Of a DNA stretch of 64,000 bases, positions 1-7,697 are shown one piece after another. The notes beneath the pieces were generated by a model. The model had not been told where the DNA came from, did no database searches, and saw nothing but the letters and a program-made list of their open reading frames with translations. Within the stretch, counting starts at the first letter, position 1, and each line of letters starts with the position of its first letter. The stretch comes from a bacterium. GTDB taxonomy: Bacteria > Krumholzibacteriota > Krumholzibacteriia > LZORAL124-64-63. Where the stretch lies: the NCBI GenBank assembly GCA_031441465.1, contig JANOEP010000009.1:1-64000 (forward strand). The letters run 5' to 3'. Position numbers and translations under genes: made by a program.

Positions 1-140
1 CCTCCATGCCTCCGGAAGATCGGGTCCAGGTCCGTCTGGGGGAATCCCAGAGGAATCTGGCCTACTTCCGGCCGGCGGCAAGGGGTGCCGCAGTTTTAGA
101 CCGGCGCGACAGGTGCCGCACTTTTCAGCCGGCGTTTACA
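1..140 (-). mobile_element. End of an IS21-family insertion sequence (rest lies left of the window)
   Basis: Minus strand reads TGTAAACGCCGGCTGAAAAGTGCGGCACC from 140. Two 23-bp near-identical repeats (84-106 GGTGCCGCAGTTTTAGACCGGCG; 112-134 GGTGCCGCACTTTTCAGCCGGCG) plus a weaker third near 57-76. A TG...CA terminus with multiple subterminal repeats is typical of IS21. Confidence 0.7.
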
Positions 141-156
141 GCATCGTACATATCAG

Positions 157-1899
157 GTGGGGCGGGTCGCGACGCGCCATGGGTACAACTACAACGTGGC
201 GCTTGTGCGGACTCCTGAGCAAGGGCCAAGCTATGCGCAAGACACCGCACGCGACGCCATCGCGGACCTGGACCCTACCTGGATTCTATTAGTCGGCATC
301 TGCGGTGCAGTACCAGAGGCCGAGTTTACCTTGGGCGACGTGATCATGGCCACCAGACTTCACGACTTCGTCGTGGGAGCTCAAGTCGAAGATCTGCCTC
401 CGGAGTTCATGAACCAGGGTGGCCCGATGGCAAAAGAGATCCAAGACCTCGTGGCTATTGCTCCGGCCCTTGACCTGGGTCCTTGGAATCACGTCCGCCA
501 AGTCCATGCGAAGCGTCCACAAGTCACGCTATCGCCAAAGCGATTCTATGGTTCCGACAACTGGAAGCGCGCAGCAAGATCTGCTCTAAGGTATCACTTC
601 AAAGGGGAAAGCCCAAGAACTCGGCCGCTGTTCACCACACGATCTGTCGCCTCCTCTGGGAACCTCGTCAAGAGTTCTCGGCTTATGTCCCAATGGAAGA
701 ACGCCTCCCGCGAGGTTGCGGCCGTGGAGATGGAGCTGTCGGGAGTCTACGTGGCTGCGCGGAGGCGGCAGAAAGAGTATCCTATAGTGGCCATCCGGGG
801 CATTAGCGACATTGTGGGCTTTCGTCGCGAGATCGAGTGGACAGCATATGCTTGCGCCACTGCGGCGTCGTTTGCGATTTCGCTGCTTCGGAATCTCCCG
901 CCTCATTTCCTCATCCCACATGAGGCGACCCGATCTTCAGGGAGCTCGCCGGAAAAGAGCTCTTTGACTGAAGCCACGCTGGTCTTTGATCTTTCCCTAC
1001 AATTTCACAGGAACCGCTGGTTCTTTCGCGACCGCCCCATTCTCCGCCAACATGGACGTCAGATTATCGAGATCGCTAAATGGGCTCAAGAGAACGACCG
1101 TTGCGACCTCTTTCTTCTTGTGTTGCCCGCTCTGCGGGAATATTGCGATCTCACAGGACTGTGGGCCGAACGCAAAGACTTCACATCAACGGGCCTGTTG
1201 TTCGCAGAACGATGCGGCAATCACGAGAGCCGCATCGGAAGCCTTGTTGCGCAAGCATGGTTGCTCAGCGGCCAGGGACATACAGATGCCGCTATGAGTC
1301 ACGTCAATGCTGCAATCAGAATAGCCCGTAAGGCCTCGTTGCCACTCTGGGAGTGTGAAGCAATGGCGATGGAAGCCGTTGTGTTGCGCAGACGGAGGGA
1401 CCACGCCGCCGCAATCAGATCATGCCAGAACGCTTTGCGCGTCGCAAGTCGCCTGCAAGGTAAGGGCCGCACACATGCAAGTGCGTGGATTCGGTATGAA
1501 CTCGGGCTGAATGCCCGCGACATCGGGGCATTGGACAAAATGAACCAGGAACTCATGGCGGCCCGCCGCGTTCTTCGCGTCGATAAACTCGGCAACCCTT
1601 CTTTCAACGTCGAATTTGCATGGTTGGTTCACGCGGCACTGGGCTTCGTGGCCGAAACCAAGGGGGACTACCAGCAGGCGGAGGCAATATACATGCAATC
1701 GCTGGCGTTCTTCTCGCAAGGTGGTAGTAGGTCTCACGTTGCCAGCATTCTCCTACGACTAGCCAACCTGAGTAGGCACCTTGGCAAGATGTCTGATGCA
1801 ATCAGAAATGCCGAGGAAGCGCGCGAAATTGGACGAGTACTCCAGTCTGCGCGCATTCTGCTTGCCGCAGATGCCATACTGAATGACGGAAGAACATAG
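157..1899 (+). CDS. MTA/SAH nucleosidase (purine phosphorylase fold) fused to C-terminal TPR repeats; probably 5'-truncated by IS21
   Basis: Motifs ILLVGICGAV, LGDVIMA, ASSGNLVK, AVEMELSG, IRGISD; C-terminal helical repeats (GDYQQAEAIYMQSLA). Frame is open back to the IS end (HRTYQVGR) and lacks the usual first strand and catalytic-Glu segment. Confidence 0.8.
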   Translation: MGRVATRHGYNYNVALVRTPEQGPSYAQDTARDAIADLDPTWILLVGICGAVPEAEFTLGDVIMATRLHDFVVGAQVEDLPPEFMNQGGPMAKEIQDLVAIAPALDLGPWNHVRQVHAKRPQVTLSPKRFYGSDNWKRAARSALRYHFKGESPRTRPLFTTRSVASSGNLVKSSRLMSQWKNASREVAAVEMELSGVYVAARRRQKEYPIVAIRGISDIVGFRREIEWTAYACATAASFAISLLRNLPPHFLIPHEATRSSGSSPEKSSLTEATLVFDLSLQFHRNRWFFRDRPILRQHGRQIIEIAKWAQENDRCDLFLLVLPALREYCDLTGLWAERKDFTSTGLLFAERCGNHESRIGSLVAQAWLLSGQGHTDAAMSHVNAAIRIARKASLPLWECEAMAMEAVVLRRRRDHAAAIRSCQNALRVASRLQGKGRTHASAWIRYELGLNARDIGALDKMNQELMAARRVLRVDKLGNPSFNVEFAWLVHAALGFVAETKGDYQQAEAIYMQSLAFFSQGGSRSHVASILLRLANLSRHLGKMSDAIRNAEEAREIGRVLQSARILLAADAILNDGRT

Positions 1900-2588
1900 T
1901 GCACTCCCGCACCTTGCTTGAGCAATGTCCGCTTCGGGCGAATGCGCCCTTTGTCGCCATTGTCGGCAACTCCGGCGTTGGCAAGACGACGCTCACGATG
2001 CTTCTGGCGCGGGATCTTCGCTGGGCACCTCTTGTCGAAACTCTCGTCGACAATCCGTACTACCCAGAATTCGTGCGGGATAGGGCTTACTGGGGGCTCC
2101 ATATGCAACTCCACTATCTCGCGCGCCACGCAAGAGATTCGGAGTTCATCCGTACGGCAACAGTCGGATGCGTACGCGACAGGAGTTTTTGGGAGGGCAG
2201 GCATATTTACGCTCCTGCGCTTCTCGCGCAGGGGGACATGTCATCTCGTGACTTCGCCCTCTACACAAACCTATATGACTCTGTGGCTCCCCTGTTCCCC
2301 GTTCCCCATCTCATACTTTATCTGCAAGCCGAGTGTGATTGGCTGCAGTTGCGCATTGCGCGACGTGGCCGCATTGGAGAAGAGGCCGCACTTACAAGCC
2401 TGCTCGTGCGAACGAATGAGCTCTACGAGATTTGGCTCTCAACATTCACCCTTTGTCCGGTGCTTCGCTATAATGCGGCCGCCCTCGATTGCCTGCACAA
2501 TGCCGCGCACTTGACCTCGATCGTACATGATGTATGCTCAGCACTGGATTGGCATTTGCCGGGCGATTACGTTCCGACGACGGAGTAA
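1899..2588 (+). CDS. Deoxynucleoside kinase family protein (dAK/dCK/dGK-like)
   Basis: P-loop GNSGVGKTT, NPY..F, DRSFWE, PHLILYL, lid RIARRGR..E; start overlaps upstream stop (TAGTG). Confidence 0.85.
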   Translation: MHSRTLLEQCPLRANAPFVAIVGNSGVGKTTLTMLLARDLRWAPLVETLVDNPYYPEFVRDRAYWGLHMQLHYLARHARDSEFIRTATVGCVRDRSFWEGRHIYAPALLAQGDMSSRDFALYTNLYDSVAPLFPVPHLILYLQAECDWLQLRIARRGRIGEEAALTSLLVRTNELYEIWLSTFTLCPVLRYNAAALDCLHNAAHLTSIVHDVCSALDWHLPGDYVPTTE

Positions 2589-2592
2589 TGAT

Positions 2593-3717
2593 TTGGACCT
2601 CGCTGAGAGCCTTGCTGCGCTGGAGCCATACGGGCTGATTCCAGTTCCAATTGGGCATGTAGCACCACATACTGAAAGGTACTCTGGGCCTATCGTTCGC
2701 CCTGCTCATAAATCGTCCATGTGCTCATGCCCGCTTCGCGTGAATGCGATGCTCCTTGATTACTCCAAGTTTGTTGGGGGGTGTACCAGTAAGTGGATCC
2801 GTGCTGGCTCGATTGCGTTTGGCCTGGATTCGTATTGCACAGTTCGTGTCGCATTTTCTAGCTTACATGACGGGATTGCCGTCTTGGGAGCCAATAGGCG
2901 CGCTACTGTGGTCCGTCACGTCGCGGAAGTGATGCGTCACGTTCTCCGAATAGATACGGCCCTTGGTATTGAGGTGGAGATTCTCCGAGAATCCCCATGG
3001 GTACACATGGGGCTTGGCTCAACCCCAGCCCTTCAGTGCGCTGTAGCTTCAGCTCTGAACAATCTCCTCGGTGCGCCCATCCCCTCTCACCAAATGAGGG
3101 CGGTTCTGCTGAATAATTACGCGGAGGAGATACCAGACGACAGCAACCGTGTTCTCCGCGTCCAGGCCATGGGAGCAGGTGCTGCGATCGCATTGGATGG
3201 GGGGGGGATGATCGTACTGGCTGGCTCGGCAATTCCTGTTGCGCGCATGAGCATTCCCCAAACACACGCTTTCGTGATTGCTCTTCCTCCCGGCGCCGGC
3301 ATTGAGACATCGGTAGACGCGCTGTACAAGGACGTTAGCAGCTATCCATACCTGGATCACTACTCTGAGGACCTTCGCAACGCAGTGGCATATGACGTCT
3401 TATACAGACTCCTTCCGGCAATGACATTACAGGATCTTCGCACCATTGGACAGGTGATCCAGGAGCATCGCCTTAGCGATCGTCAGATTGCCCGGTACTT
3501 TGGCCGCTACCCCTCTTGCCGGGACGGGATTGCGACGCTAAAGAACTTGCTGACTACTGGGCTGGCGGAAATAGGATCAATTACATCTACTGGCCCGGCA
3601 CTATTTGTGCTAACTCGTGAGCCTGAAGAAGCTCAGATTGCATTCGCCGATATCGGCTGGAATCACGTTCGCGTACGCGCCAACAACAATGGCCTCCTTA
3701 CTACTTCACTAGACTAA
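2593..3717 (+). CDS. GHMP-superfamily protein, beta-ribofuranosylaminobenzene-5'-phosphate (beta-RFA-P) synthase / C-glycoside synthase-like
   Basis: CPLRVNAMLLD...AGSIAFGLD N-terminal motif, HMGLGST GHMP loop, GAGAAIALDGGG, C-terminal SITSTGPALF. Likely TTG start at 2593 after GGAG (ORF track starts at 2527). Confidence 0.7.
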   Translation: MDLAESLAALEPYGLIPVPIGHVAPHTERYSGPIVRPAHKSSMCSCPLRVNAMLLDYSKFVGGCTSKWIRAGSIAFGLDSYCTVRVAFSSLHDGIAVLGANRRATVVRHVAEVMRHVLRIDTALGIEVEILRESPWVHMGLGSTPALQCAVASALNNLLGAPIPSHQMRAVLLNNYAEEIPDDSNRVLRVQAMGAGAAIALDGGGMIVLAGSAIPVARMSIPQTHAFVIALPPGAGIETSVDALYKDVSSYPYLDHYSEDLRNAVAYDVLYRLLPAMTLQDLRTIGQVIQEHRLSDRQIARYFGRYPSCRDGIATLKNLLTTGLAEIGSITSTGPALFVLTREPEEAQIAFADIGWNHVRVRANNNGLLTTSLD

Positions 3718-3729
3718 CCTGCGCTTGGA

Positions 3730-5355
3730 TTATAAGACTACGGAGGCAGTGCGCTCTTCCACAGATCGCACAATGCGGTCGGACATTAGACCCACGACCA
3801 TTTTCGCGATATCGCCATGTAGGAGCGAGGACGCCGAAGCCCGCGGCTCTAGGAACCTCTCAATCGCGTTGAGCGCAGCTTCGGTACCCCGACCTGATTT
3901 GCGCCCTGACATCAACTCACGCAAGCAGATGTGCGCCTGAGCCCCAGCAAGCATCTCGATAGCTAGCACACAGCGGAGATTTCGCAAAATCATCGAGGCC
4001 TTTCGCGCGCACCACATGCTATTGCTGATATGGTCTTCTTGGTTGTTCTTGGTTGGAATACTGTCAGCGCTTGCGGAACCGCAGAGGGTGCGACACTCTG
4101 CCACGACTGCACTGGCGGTAGAATGAGCGATTGACAACCCAGCCCGCGGCGCCGAACCAACGGTGAGATTTGTCGGCAGACCATAACTCGTCATCGGGTC
4201 AAGGAGTCTCGCTACGCGGCGTTCAGAAATCGAAGCCGCGTCGGTGAGTGCCATGGAAAGGAGGTCCATCGCCTGGGCAAGATACTGTCCGTGGAAGTTG
4301 CCGCCACTTAAGACATCGACGCCTGAGTTAGGGGTGTCATCTGTCAAGAAGACGAGAGGGTTGTCCGTGGCGCTGTTCAACTCCACATTAATTATTCCGG
4401 TTGCGTATTCGATTGCCTCCCTTACAGGACCGTGAACTTGCGGAGCACAGCGCAGGGAGTAAGCATCCTGTACCCGGCAACTGGAAGTCGCCTTGCCTCC
4501 AAGGCTAAAGCGTCGGGCTTCTGGCGTACATAGAGAAGTACCCTCTGTGATCATTCGCACATTCGCCGCTGACGCAATTTGGCCTCGATGGGGCCTACTA
4601 TTGTGGATCCTCTCGTCGAATGCACCAAGATGACCACGCACAGCCTCAAGCGTCACGGCCAATGCCACGTCAGCGTGCCGCATTGCCAGAGCCGCTTCAT
4701 CCAGCGTAATAGCCGCTAGAGCAGCGCTAACGGTGCTCCCGTTAATCAGCGAGAGAGTTTCCTTGGCTTCGAAATGGAAGGAGGCTGCAAGACCAGCGCG
4801 GCTCAGCGCTTCGTCTGCCGGAAGCACCGCTCCTTGATACATCACCCGCGATTCCGGATGCCCAATCATCGCTGCGGCAATATACGCCTGCGGAGCAAGG
4901 TCCCCGCTCGCGCCCACGCTACCTTGCTCAGGAACTACAGGCGTGATGTGCGCGTTGAGAAGATCCACAAGGCGCTCAACAACGCACGGCCTGACGCCTG
5001 AGTGGTTTGTCGCAAGTGAATGAGCTCGCAGCAACATTGCCGCCCGCACAACATCTGCTGATAGAGCGGCCCCAATTCCCACACAATGATCGCTGATAAT
5101 TTGAAGCTGGCTTTCAGCACTGTCTGCCGGGTTGGCCCGCCTTGATTGTAGGGCACCAAGTCCTGTGGTGACGCCATATGCAGGTGGTGAATCGTTGTGC
5201 AGCCACTGGGCAACAAGGAGTGCTCTGGTTCTATCTAGGGCTTCGTATGTACTGCGCCCCATCGTCAATACGCTGCCTGAGTTCTGCGGACTTGCTTCAG
5301 CACGGGCAACTTGGACTACATCTCGGATAGTCAGGTCTTGCGTCCCAACTTCCAT
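3730..5355 (-). CDS. MIO-dependent aromatic amino acid ammonia-lyase (histidine ammonia-lyase-like, atypical specificity loop)
   Basis: YGVTTGLG, GSVGASGDLAP (MIO triad ASG), LINGS, RVQDAYSLRC, DNP, GGNFHG, NQEDH; GGAGG SD upstream. Confidence 0.9.
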   Translation of the reverse strand: MEVGTQDLTIRDVVQVARAEASPQNSGSVLTMGRSTYEALDRTRALLVAQWLHNDSPPAYGVTTGLGALQSRRANPADSAESQLQIISDHCVGIGAALSADVVRAAMLLRAHSLATNHSGVRPCVVERLVDLLNAHITPVVPEQGSVGASGDLAPQAYIAAAMIGHPESRVMYQGAVLPADEALSRAGLAASFHFEAKETLSLINGSTVSAALAAITLDEAALAMRHADVALAVTLEAVRGHLGAFDERIHNSRPHRGQIASAANVRMITEGTSLCTPEARRFSLGGKATSSCRVQDAYSLRCAPQVHGPVREAIEYATGIINVELNSATDNPLVFLTDDTPNSGVDVLSGGNFHGQYLAQAMDLLSMALTDAASISERRVARLLDPMTSYGLPTNLTVGSAPRAGLSIAHSTASAVVAECRTLCGSASADSIPTKNNQEDHISNSMWCARKASMILRNLRCVLAIEMLAGAQAHICLRELMSGRKSGRGTEAALNAIERFLEPRASASSLLHGDIAKMVVGLMSDRIVRSVEERTASVVL

Positions 5356-5470
5356 AGGATCTACCTCCTATACTGCGCAGTTGAAGCGCTTGAGCAAGTG
5401 CATGATGCCCGTACCTTCCCAACGGTCTGCAGTTCTACCATACCACAGAGCCAGCCTGCAAAGTTCAATC

Positions 5471-5872
5471 CTATTTCTTTTGCAATGAGCTGACCACCCC
5501 GGGCAGGACCTTTTCCGCCGACCGCCCGATCACATACCCGCCCAGGCCAATCTCGACGATGTCCCAGAGCTTCAGAACCTCGGCCTCGCCCAGGTTCGGA
5601 GCCGACCAGCCAAGCCACCGGGCCACGATCAGCGCCACGAAGGTGAGCATCGTAATCGGCCGCCAGGTCCGCTGCAGCCAACTCTGGCCCTGCGCCTCGG
5701 ACTTGACGACATCGGCGGCCGCCCGCTCGATCTCGGAAGACCGCTCCAGAACCGCCGCCTGGAGCGCCTGCTGAAGCTCGATTCGCTTCAACTCGTGCTC
5801 GGGATTGGGGAAAATCCGGTCCGCAACCGAGCCCGCGACCTTCCCCAGAATGCCCAGAATTTCGCCAACCAT
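5471..5872 (-). CDS. Holin (3TM / gene-transfer-release holin family)
   Basis: SWLQRTWRP motif, hydrophobic segments, GLGGYVIGRSAEK; adjacent to endolysin; start ATG 5872 with SD. Confidence 0.8.
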   Translation of the reverse strand: MVGEILGILGKVAGSVADRIFPNPEHELKRIELQQALQAAVLERSSEIERAAADVVKSEAQGQSWLQRTWRPITMLTFVALIVARWLGWSAPNLGEAEVLKLWDIVEIGLGGYVIGRSAEKVLPGVVSSLQKK

Positions 5873-5883
5873 CGCGTCTCCTC

Positions 5884-6378
5884 TCAGGCATAGGCCCGGT
5901 TCAACCAGCCGCCCTGAAACACAACCTGATCTGCGCTGCGAGCGACCCGGAGCCTGTATTCCCCTGCCGCTTCGGATCGCAGCGCCGCCATCAGCGCTGC
6001 TTGGTCGGATTGCCTCGCGGCACCGCATGTTTCTGCCCCGAGACGACCGTCGAGTGCCACCCGTCGGCCGCAAGCATGAAGAGCCCGCTGCAGACAGGTC
6101 ACCGCGGTCTGATGTCCCAAATTGACAGCCAGGTCGAAGGCCTTGATGGCGATCACTTCCGGCAGGAATTCGTATCGGTGCCCATGCCAGTAGCGCTCCC
6201 AGTAGACCTCGATCGCCTGGGCTCGGGTCAGGTTCTTGACGTCCAGATCGGGATTCCAGCGCTGGGCGATCCCGAACCTGGTCGCGCCGCCGTGATCGAC
6301 CGGGTTGTCGGTGTAGACATCGCCTTCGTGCTCGAGGACGACCTCGATCGCTCGGTCGAAGAGTTCTCTGCTGGTCAC
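5884..6378 (-). CDS. Endolysin, glycoside hydrolase family 108 with peptidoglycan-binding domain
   Basis: LEHEG...D.GGATRFGI, FDLAVN.G, LQRAL...DG.LG, GWLNR. Confidence 0.9.
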   Translation of the reverse strand: MTSRELFDRAIEVVLEHEGDVYTDNPVDHGGATRFGIAQRWNPDLDVKNLTRAQAIEVYWERYWHGHRYEFLPEVIAIKAFDLAVNLGHQTAVTCLQRALHACGRRVALDGRLGAETCGAARQSDQAALMAALRSEAAGEYRLRVARSADQVVFQGGWLNRAYA

Positions 6379-6379
6379 C

Positions 6380-6739
6380 TCAACCCTCCCTTCGGGCCAA
6401 TTCCAGGCGCAGCGCGCTGAGGATGTCGCACAGTCGCTGGCTGCGATCCTTCATGTCCGTCTCGATCACCTTCTGGGTCTCGTTGAGCCGCTCCATGCCG
6501 CTGCGGATCTGGATCAAGACCTCGTGGACGTCGTCCAAGGAGTGCCGACCCGGCGCCAGAGGGCAGACGACCTTGAGCTCATCGAACGCGACCTTCGATC
6601 CACTCCCGCCGTTGCGTCGCCATTGTTGGCTTCGGACGAGATCGACCGCCTGGATGGCCAGCTTCACCGACAGCACCGTCGCCATGAGCCCCAGCCCGCC
6701 GAGTCCGAAGCTGCGGGCTACCTCAAATGCAAGTTCCAT
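6380..6739 (-). CDS. Hypothetical membrane protein in lysis cassette (N-terminal TM, C-terminal coiled coil)
   Basis: Strong SD (GAGGAG), hydrophobic N-terminus, tightly packed with endolysin. Confidence 0.6.
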   Translation of the reverse strand: MELAFEVARSFGLGGLGLMATVLSVKLAIQAVDLVRSQQWRRNGGSGSKVAFDELKVVCPLAPGRHSLDDVHEVLIQIRSGMERLNETQKVIETDMKDRSQRLCDILSALRLELARREG

Positions 6740-6761
6740 CGTTTCTCCTCATGCGCTGTCG

Positions 6762-7259
6762 TTAGGACTCCAGCTCCCAATCGAACGGTGGACTGTATTT
6801 GTCCGGCTGAACGTACGAGGCGATCAACGTGGCCCAGGGCACGCTCAGCCACGCCGGCGTCAGAGCCTCGAGTTCAACCTCAACGCGGTAGGTGGTCCCT
6901 AACGTCAAGCCGGACATGGTCACTCGGTTATTCGACGGAATTGTCCAACCGCTCGTCGCGATGACCACGGAGTCGCTGATCCGGATGATTCGCGCTCTCG
7001 CTCTGGCTTCGGACAGCGGCGCGTTGAGGTACACGTATGCGTAGGCGTTTGTACCGCCGGCTGTGAATGACGCGGGGGGCGACATGGCCAGAGTGACCGG
7101 TGGTGGCCCGCCCGCTACCGAGCGCGGCGGCATGGGCACACCCATCCCGTTGGCCCAGCCACCGCTGTGCAAAGCACCGCCGTACTGTGCCCAAATAACC
7201 TCGGGCGCTGCCATCGCGGCCAAGCAGAAGATGACCAGCCAGCGAAACTGAGATCGCAT
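6762..7259 (-). CDS. Hypothetical secreted protein (signal peptide, beta-rich Ig/FN3-like C-terminus)
   Basis: MRSQFRWLVIFCLAAMAAPEVIWA signal-like N-terminus; SGLTLGTTYRVEV resembles an FN3 strand motif; SD GGGAG before ATG 7259. Confidence 0.6.
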   Translation of the reverse strand: MRSQFRWLVIFCLAAMAAPEVIWAQYGGALHSGGWANGMGVPMPPRSVAGGPPPVTLAMSPPASFTAGGTNAYAYVYLNAPLSEARARARIIRISDSVVIATSGWTIPSNNRVTMSGLTLGTTYRVEVELEALTPAWLSVPWATLIASYVQPDKYSPPFDWELES

Positions 7260-7264
7260 GACGG

Positions 7265-7642
7265 TCACTCCCACATCAGGTCCGCTCTTCCATCACCCGA
7301 AAGAAAAGCGGCGTCCGGAGCGTTCGGCTCGAAGATGAAGCGGACAGGCAGGCCAGCTCTCAGCGTGAAGGCCGTGTCTCCCAGGGCCACTTTCGGCTTG
7401 AGCTTCGACCACGTGTTCGACGCAGCGTTGTAGGTCCAGAACGACATGGAGACCGTTCCCAGATCGGGCAGCGCGTACATGTCGAGAATGTGCGCCTTCT
7501 TCGACCCCGCCTGACCGGAGCCATAGAAGGGCACCCAGCCGGTGACACTGGATCGAGCCCCATCCTGGGCTGCCTGACTCGGCAGAGACGGCCACGTTAC
7601 GGCCACGATCAACAGCAGCAGACTGATGACGATCTTCCTCAC
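7265..7642 (-). CDS. Hypothetical secreted protein
   Basis: GTG 7642 after GGAG; MRKIVISLLLLIVAVTWPSLPSQA signal peptide. Confidence 0.6.
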   Translation of the reverse strand: MRKIVISLLLLIVAVTWPSLPSQAAQDGARSSVTGWVPFYGSGQAGSKKAHILDMYALPDLGTVSMSFWTYNAASNTWSKLKPKVALGDTAFTLRAGLPVRFIFEPNAPDAAFLSGDGRADLMWE

Positions 7643-7697
7643 GACTCCACCTTTCGCTTCCGCCCTGGCTTCAGGGCGCCCATCGGGTTGCGCCGCG

